A stretch of DNA of 64,000 nucleotides from Bacteriovoracaceae bacterium (GCA_048270185.1 JBLWTJ010000001.1:1440001-1504000), one strand, 5' to 3'; counted from the first letter of the stretch, positions 1 to 9,344 are shown. Made by a program: numbers and translations. Notes: a model not told the origin generated them from the letters alone.

Positions 1-751
1 CATCAGCATAGTGAGCTAGTTCGTCACCTTCATGTGGATGCCATCTTAAGTTTTCTGGACGTAGACCATTTGATAGGTGCCAATTCCAACGAATCTCTTT
101 CCATTGCTCCATGGCCTCTTTTTGAGTTCCTGGTTTAATGAAGTATTGCATCTCCATTTGTTCGAACTCACGAGTTCTAAAGATGAAGTTACCTGGAGTG
201 ATTTCATTTCTGAAAGCTTTACCAATTTGAGCAATACCAAATGGAAGTTTCTTTCTCATAGTCGATTGAACATTTAGGAAGTTTACAAAAATTCCCTGGG
301 CAGTTTCTGGTCTTAGATAAACTTGTGAAGATGAGTCTTCCACTGGTCCCATTTGCGTTTTAAACATCAAGTTAAAATCACGTGGCTCAGTGAACTCCCC
401 TTTTGCTCCACAGTTTTGGCAAGGAGCTGATGTATCAATTTTATCTTCACGGAAACGTGACTTACATGCTTTACAATCAACCATTGGATCATTGAAGCCA
501 TCAACGTGACCAGACGCTTTCCAAACTTGTGGATGCATGAAGATTGAAGCATCAACACCAACAATATCAGAACGGAAAGTCATCGCTTTCCACCATTTAT
601 TTTTTAGATTTCTCTTTAATTCAATTCCGTAAGGACCGTAATCCCAACAAGAAGAAAGTCCACCGTAGATTTCCGAAGATTGAAAAATGAATCCACGACG
701 TTTTGCAAGACTTACAATTTGCTGCATGTCTTTAATATTGCTTTCTGACAC
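1..751 (-). CDS. glyQS: Glycine--tRNA ligase, alpha2 homodimeric type (5' part; runs off window start)
   Basis: Not in the ORF track. Manual minus-strand translation from GTG at 751 (RBS AGGGGG) gives [31 protein letters not shown]...WDYGPYG...YLRPETAQG...RTREFEQME, the class II alpha2 GlyRS motifs. Confidence 0.93.
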   Translation of the reverse strand, partial: MSESNIKDMQQIVSLAKRRGFIFQSSEIYGGLSSCWDYGPYGIELKRNLKNKWWKAMTFRSDIVGVDASIFMHPQVWKASGHVDGFNDPMVDCKACKSRFREDKIDTSAPCQNCGAKGEFTEPRDFNLMFKTQMGPVEDSSSQVYLRPETAQGIFVNFLNVQSTMRKKLPFGIAQIGKAFRNEITPGNFIFRTREFEQMEMQYFIKPGTQKEAMEQWKEIRWNWHLSNGLRPENLRWHPHEGDELAHYAD

Positions 752-816
752 AATGCCCCCTACTTGGTAAATAATTGCTCAAAGTATACCTATTCAATCA
801 TCAATCCGTAAAGTTA

Positions 817-1012
817 AAGGTACGCGCTACCTTATAGTAATTTAGCTAACTTATGCGTCATTTTTAGCGATATAAAGTGCTTCTATTAGGCTCAACTAAT
901 CAAATCAAGAGACTAAGATAAGTGGCTGATAATACATTAATTTTACTGGGCCCAATATGCCCCATTTGTCGTATATAAATTACTGAAATTACGATTAGGT
1001 ATCGCGTACCTT
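817..1012. repeat. Inverted-repeat-bounded intergenic element (REP-doublet/MITE-like)
   Basis: 38-bp arms 817-854 and 975-1012 are reverse complements at 31/38 positions; each arm starts with its own palindrome AGGTA-N5-TACCT. Confidence 0.6.
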
Positions 1013-1036
1013 AGTGGTCCGTGTTAAAAGGCAGTC

Positions 1037-3490
1037 ATGAAGAAATCTGAAATACTTGCTCCTGTTGGAAATATGCAAATGTGTCTTGCCGCCATTCATG
1101 GTGGAGCCGATGCCATTTATGTTGGTATGCCTGGCTTTAATGCCCGTGGCCGCACTCATGATCACTCAATTTTTGAACTTAAAGAAATGATCGATATGTG
1201 TCATCTCTATGGTGTCAAAGTTCACGTCGCCTTTAATATTTTAATTTACGAAGAAGAAATTCAAGGGGCCATTGGAAAACTTGATGAAGTTATCAAGCTA
1301 GGACCTGATGCTTTAATCATCCAAGATATAGGGCTAGCAAGTCTTGTCAGACAAAGATACCCAAACCAAGTCATTCACGGCTCGACTCAGATGACTGTGA
1401 CAAATCATGATCATATTGCACTTCTTGAAGACCTTGATATTAAGAGATTTGTTCTTGGACGTGAAAACTCAATTTCAGAAATAAAAGAGATAAGAGCTAA
1501 TACTGAAAAAGAATTAGAAGTCTTCACTCACGGGGCCCTATGTGTTGCCTACTCAGGGCAGTGCTTTACTTCAGAAAGCATTGGTGGGCGTTCGGCCAAT
1601 CGTGGTCAATGTGCTCAAAGCTGTCGTTTCTCATATGAAATGTATGTGGATGGAGAGAAACAAGATCTAAAAAAACAAGGCCGTAAAATGAGCTACCTAG
1701 TCTCTCCTCAAGATCTTTGTGGGATTGAAGAAGTTAGCGAATTACAAGAGATGGGAATAGACTCTTTCAAAATTGAAGGACGCCTTAAAGGCCCAGCCTA
1801 TGTTTCAACGGCCGCTAGTGCCTATAAGACAAAGCTTGAAGGTAAGCATATATCTCAACAAGATGTTGATAATATGGCCCTCACATATTCACGAGGACTT
1901 TTTTCTGGTTGGCTTCATGGGGTCGATCATCAAAGACTAGTAAAAGGTAATTACGGAGCTCACCGTGGAATTGAGCTTGGAAAAATTAAGAGAGTCTCTC
2001 CACCAAATATTGAAATCATCACTGATCGTAATTTAGAAAAAGCAATGGGTGTAGCCATTTGCGATGACAATAAAGATATTGAAATTGGATCCACGATTTT
2101 TCATGTTTCAAAGAAAGGTAAGATGACAACGCTAGCTCTTTCTCATGATCTTAAGTGGCAAATGATTAAGCCAGGAATGGACTTATACTTAAATTCAAAT
2201 CCCAAAGTAGCTAAAGAAAGTGAATCTCTCATCTCAGATATTAATAAACAAAAGAGAATTCCAGTAAAGGTTAACCTTGATGCGATAGTAGGCTCACCAC
2301 TGACATACACTCTTGATGACGGAGAAAATAGTGTCACAGTTAAAAGTGAAGTAGCTCTTGAAGAAGGACGCAAGGAAGTTCAAGTCGAACTAGTTGAAAA
2401 GGATGCGACTTCTTTATCTCGTACTATTTATGAAGTTGAAAAATTAAATATTAATTTTAATAAAACAAATCCATTCGTTCATTCAAAGTCACTAAAAAAA
2501 CTTAGGCAAGAAGCTGTAGCTCTTTTAAACGAGAAGAGACTGGCCGTAGTCGAACAAGAAAAGAATGAAATTGTGTTGAGTACAATTGAAGAAGCTGAAG
2601 AAGAAATTACTCTAAATTTCATGCTTAGAGATATTGATCAAGTTAAAGAAGCTTATAAGATCCTAAAAGAATGTGAGTACGATAGACTTCTAATCACACT
2701 CGATTTTGAATTTGGAAAAGACTATAAATTGTCGCTTGATATGCTATCAACGCTTCCTCACTGTAAAGTTGGAATTGCCACAAACAGAATTTTAAAACCA
2801 AAGGAATATCACCATTTAAATGTATTAACGAGACTAAAGCCCGATTTCATTCTTTGTCGCAACCTAGGCTCATTTAAATACTTAAGTGAAAAATGTAATA
2901 TTCCACTTAAAGGTGATTTTTCATTAAATGTCGCAAACTCACAAACGGCCAATTATCTTTTAAATAAGGGTTTTAAAACACTAACATCGTCTTATGATCT
3001 CAATGCGAAACAATTAGAAAACCTCCTAGAGAATACTGATGCTGGTCGAATCGAAGTCAACATTCACCAATATATGCCAAGCTTTCATATGGAGCATTGT
3101 GTTTATGCTGCTTTCCTATCAGAAGGTTCTTCATTTAAAGATTGTGGAAAGCCTTGTGAAAAACATCATGTGGAATTAAAAGATCAATTCGGAAATATGC
3201 ACTTTATCAAGGCCGATCAAGAGTGTCGAAATACGATGTTTAATGCTATTGCTCAAAGTTCGACGGACTTAATCGATGCGCTTATGGCAAAGGGTGTTTC
3301 ACATTTTAGAATTGAGCTTTTAAATGAACACGGCGATCAGTTAAGAACAAAACTTGAATCGTACCTTAATTACTTTAATGGCAAAATTTCAACGAGTGAG
3401 TTAAAATCACTTCTAGGTACTCAAGAAAAGTACGGTATCGGGACAGGGATGCTGATGAAAGATGATACTTATCAAGCGAGAAAGAATTAA
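1037..3490 (+). CDS. Peptidase U32 family protein, long form (RlhA-like RNA hydroxylase)
   Basis: EILAPVG, GADAIYVG, HGALCVAYSGQC, SANRGQCAQSCR and SFKIEGR motifs; long C-terminal extension with a second Cys cluster (EHC..C..PC..C). Confidence 0.85.
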   Translation: MKKSEILAPVGNMQMCLAAIHGGADAIYVGMPGFNARGRTHDHSIFELKEMIDMCHLYGVKVHVAFNILIYEEEIQGAIGKLDEVIKLGPDALIIQDIGLASLVRQRYPNQVIHGSTQMTVTNHDHIALLEDLDIKRFVLGRENSISEIKEIRANTEKELEVFTHGALCVAYSGQCFTSESIGGRSANRGQCAQSCRFSYEMYVDGEKQDLKKQGRKMSYLVSPQDLCGIEEVSELQEMGIDSFKIEGRLKGPAYVSTAASAYKTKLEGKHISQQDVDNMALTYSRGLFSGWLHGVDHQRLVKGNYGAHRGIELGKIKRVSPPNIEIITDRNLEKAMGVAICDDNKDIEIGSTIFHVSKKGKMTTLALSHDLKWQMIKPGMDLYLNSNPKVAKESESLISDINKQKRIPVKVNLDAIVGSPLTYTLDDGENSVTVKSEVALEEGRKEVQVELVEKDATSLSRTIYEVEKLNINFNKTNPFVHSKSLKKLRQEAVALLNEKRLAVVEQEKNEIVLSTIEEAEEEITLNFMLRDIDQVKEAYKILKECEYDRLLITLDFEFGKDYKLSLDMLSTLPHCKVGIATNRILKPKEYHHLNVLTRLKPDFILCRNLGSFKYLSEKCNIPLKGDFSLNVANSQTANYLLNKGFKTLTSSYDLNAKQLENLLENTDAGRIEVNIHQYMPSFHMEHCVYAAFLSEGSSFKDCGKPCEKHHVELKDQFGNMHFIKADQECRNTMFNAIAQSSTDLIDALMAKGVSHFRIELLNEHGDQLRTKLESYLNYFNGKISTSELKSLLGTQEKYGIGTGMLMKDDTYQARKN

Positions 3491-3756
3491 TGCCAAAAGC
3501 AGACAAGTGGTTTGTCTATATTATTGAGACTGAAAACGGTAAGCTCTACACAGGAATTACAACTGATGTGGAGCGCCGATTTCTCGAGCATAAGAGTGCC
3601 CCAAAAGGGGCCAAGTTTACAAAGGCCAATCCCCCCAAAATAATCCGATTTACAGAAGAGCATCCTGATCGCTCAAGCGCTAGCAAACGAGAATCTCAAA
3701 TCAAGAAATTAACACGCCCTCAAAAGCTTCAAATCATAAAAAAATATACCTCATAG
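3490..3756 (+). CDS. GIY-YIG nuclease family protein (YhbQ/UPF0213-like)
   Basis: WFVYII...LYTGITTDVERRF..H...GAKFTK...ASKRE.QIKKL; start overlaps the U32 stop (TAATG). Confidence 0.9.
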   Translation: MPKADKWFVYIIETENGKLYTGITTDVERRFLEHKSAPKGAKFTKANPPKIIRFTEEHPDRSSASKRESQIKKLTRPQKLQIIKKYTS

Positions 3757-3762
3757 GGTATA
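3745..3762. promoter_or_regulatory. CsoR/RcnR-family-like operator
   Basis: Palindrome TATACC-tcatag-GGTATA about 40 bp upstream of the 3798-6005 operon; same form as ATACC-N6-GGTAT CsoR boxes. Confidence 0.65.
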
Positions 3763-3797
3763 AAAATCTTGTGTATTAGTTCTAACTTTTATAAAAA

Positions 3798-4328
3798 GTG
3801 GACATGAAATTACTAATCACACTACTTATCACAAGCGTTGTCTTTGGTGCTTTTAATGAAGTACGCTACGATTTTTCCTCGCATCAAGAAAAGCAAATTT
3901 CAAAGAATAATAAGAATAAGAAAGTCCTTATTTTCTTATCTCCTAGTTGCCCTTGTTCACAAAAGCAATTCGATTATATCAATTCTCTAGCATTGAAATT
4001 TAATAGTATTGAGTTCATTGGTTTTAGTTCTAATAAGCATATTTCAAAAGAAAATTCGGCAAAGTATTTTAATCAATTCAAAATCAACTTTCCTATCTTT
4101 TTGGATAAGGATTTAAAGTACGCCAATAAGTTAAATGCTTTAAAGACTCCACATGTTTTCTTATTAAATGAAAAAGAAGAAGTTATCTACCAAGGGGCCG
4201 TGACAAACAAGAGAAGCCCAGAGCTTTCAACAAAGTTTTATTTAAATGACATCCTAACAGCAGTTAAAAATAAGAAAGAACTACCATATACAGAATCAAA
4301 AGCACTCGGTTGCTATATCGCGAGGTAA
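3798..4328 (+). CDS. Exported AhpC/TSA-redoxin (thioredoxin-fold) protein
   Basis: Signal peptide (likely ATG at 3804), FLSPSCPCS, FPIFLD...A..LNALKTPHVFLL...YQGAV, C-terminal GCYI. Confidence 0.8.
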   Translation: MDMKLLITLLITSVVFGAFNEVRYDFSSHQEKQISKNNKNKKVLIFLSPSCPCSQKQFDYINSLALKFNSIEFIGFSSNKHISKENSAKYFNQFKINFPIFLDKDLKYANKLNALKTPHVFLLNEKEEVIYQGAVTNKRSPELSTKFYLNDILTAVKNKKELPYTESKALGCYIAR

Positions 4329-4330
4329 AT

Positions 4331-4708
4331 ATGTTTAAATTATTAATAGCATTATTTCTATCAGCTTCAATTATTGCTTGTCCTTATGAGCTTCCAATAC
4401 AAAACCTTTGTGTTGATATTGAGTGGACGAATGGGCCATTCGACGGGAAACCATCCAACTTTGAAGCAATCGTTTATGACAAAGACACTCAAGAGCGAGT
4501 GACTCCAGAAGATCTTAAAATATATGTTTGGATGATGATGGCCAACGGACACCAGCATGGGGGGCCAGCAATAAACTGGGCATTCGGTGAAGGTCAAATT
4601 ATCGATGGAACAGCAAAATTCTTCATGGGTCATATGAAAGGTTACTGGCAGGTTCGATTTGAGCTGAATAATGAAATTGCAGCAATTCCAGTGAAACTTA
4701 AGAAGTAA
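4331..4708 (+). CDS. Exported YtkA/FixH-like protein with Met/His motif
   Basis: RBS GAGGT before ATG 4331; signal peptide; W..GP, WMMMANGHQHGG, F.MG...GYWQVRF. Confidence 0.6.
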   Translation: MFKLLIALFLSASIIACPYELPIQNLCVDIEWTNGPFDGKPSNFEAIVYDKDTQERVTPEDLKIYVWMMMANGHQHGGPAINWAFGEGQIIDGTAKFFMGHMKGYWQVRFELNNEIAAIPVKLKK

Positions 4709-5139
4709 TGAAGATACTTGCCCTTCTCCTTACTTTCACTCTCATCACAAGTTGCGGGAAATCACCATTTTCTGGATCATTAAAAGGTCTCATCAATGGA
4801 AGTGATAAAATCACAACAGACTTAAGATTTGAGACTGAAGGTTTATCCATTTCGAAAGAATGGATGAAGGGACCTCTTCTTTACGATTCTTCTAATATTA
4901 CTATTACCTTTAAAGACACTGCTGATAATTTTAAAGACCCAGTTGGTACTTTCAAAGCCTATATCTGGATGCCGGATATGGGACATGGTTCTTACCCAAT
5001 CAGTATTACAAAGATTTCTATTGGAGTTTATCAACTCGATGATATCTACTTTACGATGGGAGGACTTTGGGACTTTCATCTCCAGCTAGAAGAAAATGGA
5101 AATATGTACGACGAAGTATCATGGCCTCTTACGCTATAA
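4708..5139 (+). CDS. YtkA/FixH-like lipoprotein with Met/His motif
   Basis: Lipobox LITSC; W..GP, WMPDMGHGS, G.Y...IYFTMGGLWDFHL; coupled to the upstream gene (TAATG). Confidence 0.7.
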   Translation: MKILALLLTFTLITSCGKSPFSGSLKGLINGSDKITTDLRFETEGLSISKEWMKGPLLYDSSNITITFKDTADNFKDPVGTFKAYIWMPDMGHGSYPISITKISIGVYQLDDIYFTMGGLWDFHLQLEENGNMYDEVSWPLTL

Positions 5140-6005
5140 TTTTCTTAACAATATTTTCATTTTCAACTTATGCATCTTCATGCTGTGGCGGTGGTGCTAA
5201 TATTCCTAATATCATTTTAGGAGATCATCAATGGGAAGCCAAAATCAACTATGCCAATTCGACAGTTACAAGTGAAGCTGGTGTTGATGGTAAGATTCAT
5301 AATATTAATTCAAAGAATGAAGTGACTGAGACCATTGCGATCAAAGGTAGTTACTTGCTTAGTAGCTACTTTCAATTTGCCATTGATCTGCCTATAAAAA
5401 AGAGAACTGTCGAATCTCAAACAAAGACAACAAGCACAACTGAAGTCGTTGATCCAAGTCTTCAACTAACTTGGGAGTTTCTTCCAGAGCTTACTTATAA
5501 CTTGTTAAAGCCTCGCGGTTTTCTTTTCTTTAAGCAGCTTTTTCCAAATGGTAATTCAATTTATAGTTATGATGATCCACTATTATCAGACTCACTAAGT
5601 CGCGGTGTATTTGAATCAACAATCGGTCTTGCACTTTTCAAAGTCATCTATGATTACGACTACTCTGTGACTTTAGAGAGTCACTACGGGTTTTCTAAGA
5701 CAATTGATGAAAAGAGAGTTGAACCAGGACTCGGCTACTCAGCTTCGATTGGAGCAGGCTTTAACCCAAATGCGACAAATCGTTTCGGAGTCTCTCTTAC
5801 TTATTGGCAGGACTCTCCAGTGAAAATCGATGGGAATCAAGGAGAGAAAAAATACTATCTTTCAACAAGCTTTAACTACTCTTATATGTTCACAAGAAGC
5901 TCAGTGGTTTTGAATTATTCAGATGAAACACTTCTAAAGACAGCAAAGAATACAAATCTTACTAAGGCAATTTCTTTAACTTATAAATTATTCGAAGATC
6001 TATAG
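5121..6005 (+). CDS. Putative outer-membrane beta-barrel transporter with N-terminal Cys-Cys
   Basis: Likely start ATG 5121 (track ORF starts 5067): signal peptide, then mature SSCCGGG, then amphipathic beta-strand pattern and aromatic C-terminal strand (ISLTYKLF). Confidence 0.6.
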   Translation: MASYAIIFLTIFSFSTYASSCCGGGANIPNIILGDHQWEAKINYANSTVTSEAGVDGKIHNINSKNEVTETIAIKGSYLLSSYFQFAIDLPIKKRTVESQTKTTSTTEVVDPSLQLTWEFLPELTYNLLKPRGFLFFKQLFPNGNSIYSYDDPLLSDSLSRGVFESTIGLALFKVIYDYDYSVTLESHYGFSKTIDEKRVEPGLGYSASIGAGFNPNATNRFGVSLTYWQDSPVKIDGNQGEKKYYLSTSFNYSYMFTRSSVVLNYSDETLLKTAKNTNLTKAISLTYKLFEDL

Positions 6006-6797
6006 TAGAAGAGAAAGGGATTTATAGTTTTCACGATTGGTATTTTGGTGATAACAAATATAATTAATAAGCATACTTAGTGTCGATTTTGAAACTGCGT
6101 GCTTTCTTTGAATCTCATTATATTTAAGTCCTGCAACTCTTAGTAACTCAATTCTTAAATTAAAATTATCATTAGCACCGTGAAGTCGTTGTTCTTCAGC
6201 ACTTAAGTGATCAAAGTGAATGAACCCACCTTGTTCAATTGAAAGAGAGACGCGATCACTATCATTAATATCAATCCCAGATATCGCACAAGTCTCAGTG
6301 CGAGGAAAAATACCGAGTTCAATCATGGCCTTTGTCAGAAAAATAAAGAGTTCAAAATTAGACTCGTAATCTTCATCCACAACTTTCTTATCGAGGCGAA
6401 AAATTGCATTTGATAAAAGTCTAAAGGTACCCTCATGACTTCTCTCTTGAAGATCGAGATCATCCTTATGAGTTATCTGAGGGGCAAATGATTGTGAAAA
6501 CTCACAAAAAAAACATAGAAGGTAGAAGGCCATTGGATTTTGTGAAATATTTTGGTGGTACCATTTTTCGACGTGATCTTTACTTGAGAGAACTTCAAAA
6601 TTATTTTTAATACGACCAAAACCAACTTTAAACAGATAACCGATTTGTAAAATTGAAGAAACTTTCTTCTTTCCGCCACCTTGTCCACCATAGAACATCA
6701 CAGAAATTTTATTTCCATTTCTTAAAAGTAAATTACCGATCAAGTGTTTGTCTTGATAAGGAATCTTACTAACGAGAATGCCTTCGAGTTCAACCAT
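6000..6797 (-). CDS. recO: DNA repair protein RecO
   Basis: N-terminal EGILV.K.PY.DKHLIG.LL...G OB-fold start; LG..P....CA.SG and GGF segments typical of the RecO C-domain. Confidence 0.75.
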   Translation of the reverse strand: MVELEGILVSKIPYQDKHLIGNLLLRNGNKISVMFYGGQGGGKKKVSSILQIGYLFKVGFGRIKNNFEVLSSKDHVEKWYHQNISQNPMAFYLLCFFCEFSQSFAPQITHKDDLDLQERSHEGTFRLLSNAIFRLDKKVVDEDYESNFELFIFLTKAMIELGIFPRTETCAISGIDINDSDRVSLSIEQGGFIHFDHLSAEEQRLHGANDNFNLRIELLRVAGLKYNEIQRKHAVSKSTLSMLINYICYHQNTNRENYKSLSLLL

Positions 6798-7782
6798 ATA
6801 CTGCCTGTATTAAATCCTTTGTCATTATAAAGAGATAATCACATATCTTGTAGTGAATTCTTCCCAAGAGAGACTTTGCCTTTTCTTGAGCACCAAAGTA
6901 TTGAAATTGCTCTCCAAATCGTCCCCCTCGCCCTATCATTTGAAAGTTAGTCGATTCATCTGGAATATAGTTAATATAAATATTTTCAATTCCTTTTAAA
7001 TTCACGCCATGGCTTAGGGCACTTGTCGCTATGATCAATTGTGTCTGTGCGGCTTCTCTTTCAATAAAGTCTTTCACTTGGCCACCAATACAATAATCAC
7101 AAGAAATCCCAAGGCGAGAAAAGAAGTTAATCCACACCTTAACTTCCTTCCTCGTTGGGCAAAAGAGAATGATACGTCCCGACCTAAACACAACAAGCTT
7201 AATCAGAAGGTTTAACATCAACAGAGGTCTAATCAATATCTTTCTCTTTTTATACATATTCACTTTTTTAAAATTTCCAATATTTAAAAAGTAGAAATGT
7301 TTAAAATTATTTTCAACATCTCTTTCAATGACGGAGTACAACTGCTGTGTAATGGTTGCACTCAGTCCTAAGACCTTGGTATTACTCGAAGATATCTTGT
7401 AGAAAAAATCTAAAAGCCTAGGACGAAAACTTTCTCCCCACTCATAAAAGAGGTGAAATTCGTCGAGAACAAAAAGGGCCTTATGCTTGATGGCAAAATT
7501 AAGATCATCTTCCTTAAATGATTCCACTGTCGTTAGAAAGACTCCCTTCCCCTTTATATCCTCAACAACACAAGGCCTAGATTTTAAGTCTTCAAGAATT
7601 GAGCGCAGTGGGGAAACAATCACAATACGATCAAAATCTTCAAGTAGCTGCCAAATAATCCTTGTTTTCCCCCAGCCCATCGGCGCCATGAATAATGTTA
7701 AGGAGTTCTCTCTATTGACTATCTGTGCTAAAGCTGTTTTAAAATCCATACCCAATGAGTGCAAGAAGTGGTAGAAAGTCAC
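6790..7782 (-). CDS. Short DEAD/DEAH (RecQ-like) helicase
   Basis: APMGWGKT (Walker A), VSPLRS, VLDEFH...WGESFRP, LSAT, IATSALSHGVN, QMIGRGGR; possible start at 7749. Confidence 0.8.
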   Translation of the reverse strand: MTFYHFLHSLGMDFKTALAQIVNRENSLTLFMAPMGWGKTRIIWQLLEDFDRIVIVSPLRSILEDLKSRPCVVEDIKGKGVFLTTVESFKEDDLNFAIKHKALFVLDEFHLFYEWGESFRPRLLDFFYKISSSNTKVLGLSATITQQLYSVIERDVENNFKHFYFLNIGNFKKVNMYKKRKILIRPLLMLNLLIKLVVFRSGRIILFCPTRKEVKVWINFFSRLGISCDYCIGGQVKDFIEREAAQTQLIIATSALSHGVNLKGIENIYINYIPDESTNFQMIGRGGRFGEQFQYFGAQEKAKSLLGRIHYKICDYLFIMTKDLIQAVYG

Positions 7783-7810
7783 TTATACTAACGTATTGAA
7801 AATAGAGAAG

Positions 7811-8503
7811 ATGAATTCAGTTGTAATAAGAAAACAAGATATTCATGCTAATAAAACTAAGCTTACTCTTGAGCAATCCACACACCTACGTGAAGTTGTG
7901 AAGGTAAAAATTGGTGATGAGCTTAAAGGAACTATTCTTGAAGAGGGATTAACGACTCTAAAGGTCTTATCAGTTGAAGACAGAATTCAAGTTGAAGTTG
8001 GTCAAATTCTCAATGGCCGCAACTATCCAATTGAGCTTATTGTTGCAGCTTCAAGGCCACCAACAATGAAGAAACTCTTTGAACACTGTAGTGCCATGGG
8101 AACAGCGAGTTTCCACATTTTTAAGGCCATCTTAAGTGACAAGAGTTATTTGACATCCAAAATTTATGAACGCTTCAATGAATTATCTCTTTTAGGTATT
8201 AGCCAATCTGCTGTTTTCTTTAAGGCTCCGAAATTAAAGAAAACTTTTAATTTTGAAGATGAACCAATTCAGGCACAAAAATTTATTCTTTCACCTTATG
8301 CCACAACAAGACTAAAAGATGTTAAAATAGATATTAGGAAACCATTAAAGATTGCCATCGGCCCGGAACGAGGTTGGACAAATCAAGAAATCCAAGAATT
8401 TAAAAATCTTGGTTTTCAAGAAGTCACTTTAGGCCCGTCAATTATGCGAGTTGAGAATGCGGCCATTACAATTATGGGCCATTTAAACCAATTAATGGAT
8501 TAA
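7811..8503 (+). CDS. rsmE: 16S rRNA m3U1498 methyltransferase RsmE
   Basis: HL..V, IAIGPERGW, LGPSIMRVENA SPOUT motifs; ATG 7811 preferred over TTG 7796. Confidence 0.85.
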   Translation: MNSVVIRKQDIHANKTKLTLEQSTHLREVVKVKIGDELKGTILEEGLTTLKVLSVEDRIQVEVGQILNGRNYPIELIVAASRPPTMKKLFEHCSAMGTASFHIFKAILSDKSYLTSKIYERFNELSLLGISQSAVFFKAPKLKKTFNFEDEPIQAQKFILSPYATTRLKDVKIDIRKPLKIAIGPERGWTNQEIQEFKNLGFQEVTLGPSIMRVENAAITIMGHLNQLMD

Positions 8504-8521
8504 TAGTAAATAGGAAGACTT

Positions 8522-8776
8522 ATGTTAAGAAAAATAGAAAAACTCTTTGATGATCAAATTAGACCAGCACTTGCAGCTCATGGTGGGAATATCGAATTGA
8601 TCGATTACGATAACGATAAACTCTATGTGAAAATGACAGGTGGTTGCCAAGGTTGTTCAGCATCGCAAGCAACACTTACAGACGGTGTTGCTCGCTTAGT
8701 TAAACAAAATTTTCCGGATATTACTGAAGTAATTGATGTTACAGATCACACACAGGGTGATAACCCATTCATGTAG
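8522..8776 (+). CDS. NifU/NfuA C-terminal Fe-S carrier domain protein
   Basis: IRPALAAHGGNIEL...GGCQGC...DVTDH..G.NPF. Confidence 0.9.
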   Translation: MLRKIEKLFDDQIRPALAAHGGNIELIDYDNDKLYVKMTGGCQGCSASQATLTDGVARLVKQNFPDITEVIDVTDHTQGDNPFM

Positions 8777-8788
8777 TAACTTATAAAG

Positions 8789-8971
8789 TTAAGCTACTTT
8801 AGTATGCTCTTCTAGCTCAGCTTCTCTCATGCCATAGTCTTCATTTGCATGGGAGATACTACGCTTAACCCTATCCTCAGTTTCCCAGTAACTAAGTCCT
8901 GAAAGAATAATATTTCCACTAGTGGCAAATGCCATGACTGAAGTCACGAGTAAGATTTCTAATAATTCCAT
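8789..8971 (-). CDS. Small membrane protein with pilin-like N-terminus
   Basis: Strong RBS AGGAGG; hydrophobic N-terminus MELLEILLVTSVMAFA; GCCGATAA box upstream. Confidence 0.55.
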   Translation of the reverse strand: MELLEILLVTSVMAFATSGNIILSGLSYWETEDRVKRSISHANEDYGMREAELEEHTKVA

Positions 8972-9000
8972 ATTTGCCTCCTATTAATTAACTTAACTCC

Positions 9001-9030
9001 TTATCGGCAGATAATTGTGTGAGACCTTAG
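9001..9030 (-). promoter_or_regulatory. Putative sigma28 (FliA) promoter
   Basis: Perfect -10 GCCGATAA (9008-9001); CTAAG upstream, but the spacer is 17 nt, longer than canonical. Confidence 0.4.
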
Positions 9031-9155
9031 ATTTCTTCTCAATTTCCTTTTATTTCAATAAGTTAACAATAAATTAAACGATATTTGCTCTTTTCAAATA
9101 AGCATCTAAATTGGCAATATCTATAGTAAATAAATAATATTACAAAGAGGTAAGA

Positions 9156-9344
9156 ATGAACCTATTTAAAATGGCCTTAATCGCTCTCTTCCTATCAACA
9201 GGACTTCAGGCCCAAGACAAGAAGCAAGCCGGAGATTCGATTGGTTGGGATCGCAACTCAAAAAAAGATAGTGACTTTGGTTACGCAACTTATAGTATCT
9301 TAAAAGCAATTCCAAAATTGAAATTACAAAGAAATTCTGGCTAA
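9156..9344 (+). CDS. Small secreted hypothetical protein
   Basis: RBS AAGAGGT; Sec signal peptide ending LQA. Confidence 0.55.
   Translation: MNLFKMALIALFLSTGLQAQDKKQAGDSIGWDRNSKKDSDFGYATYSILKAIPKLKLQRNSG

Noticed and set aside
46..564. Short track ORFs 46-240, 77-277, 367-564
   Set aside because: They overlap the real glyQS frame, which the track missed because it runs off the window.
3490..3756. GIY-YIG gene as homing endonuclease or defence nuclease
   Set aside because: 88-aa stand-alone YhbQ-type protein; no intron, DNA-binding extension or defence context.
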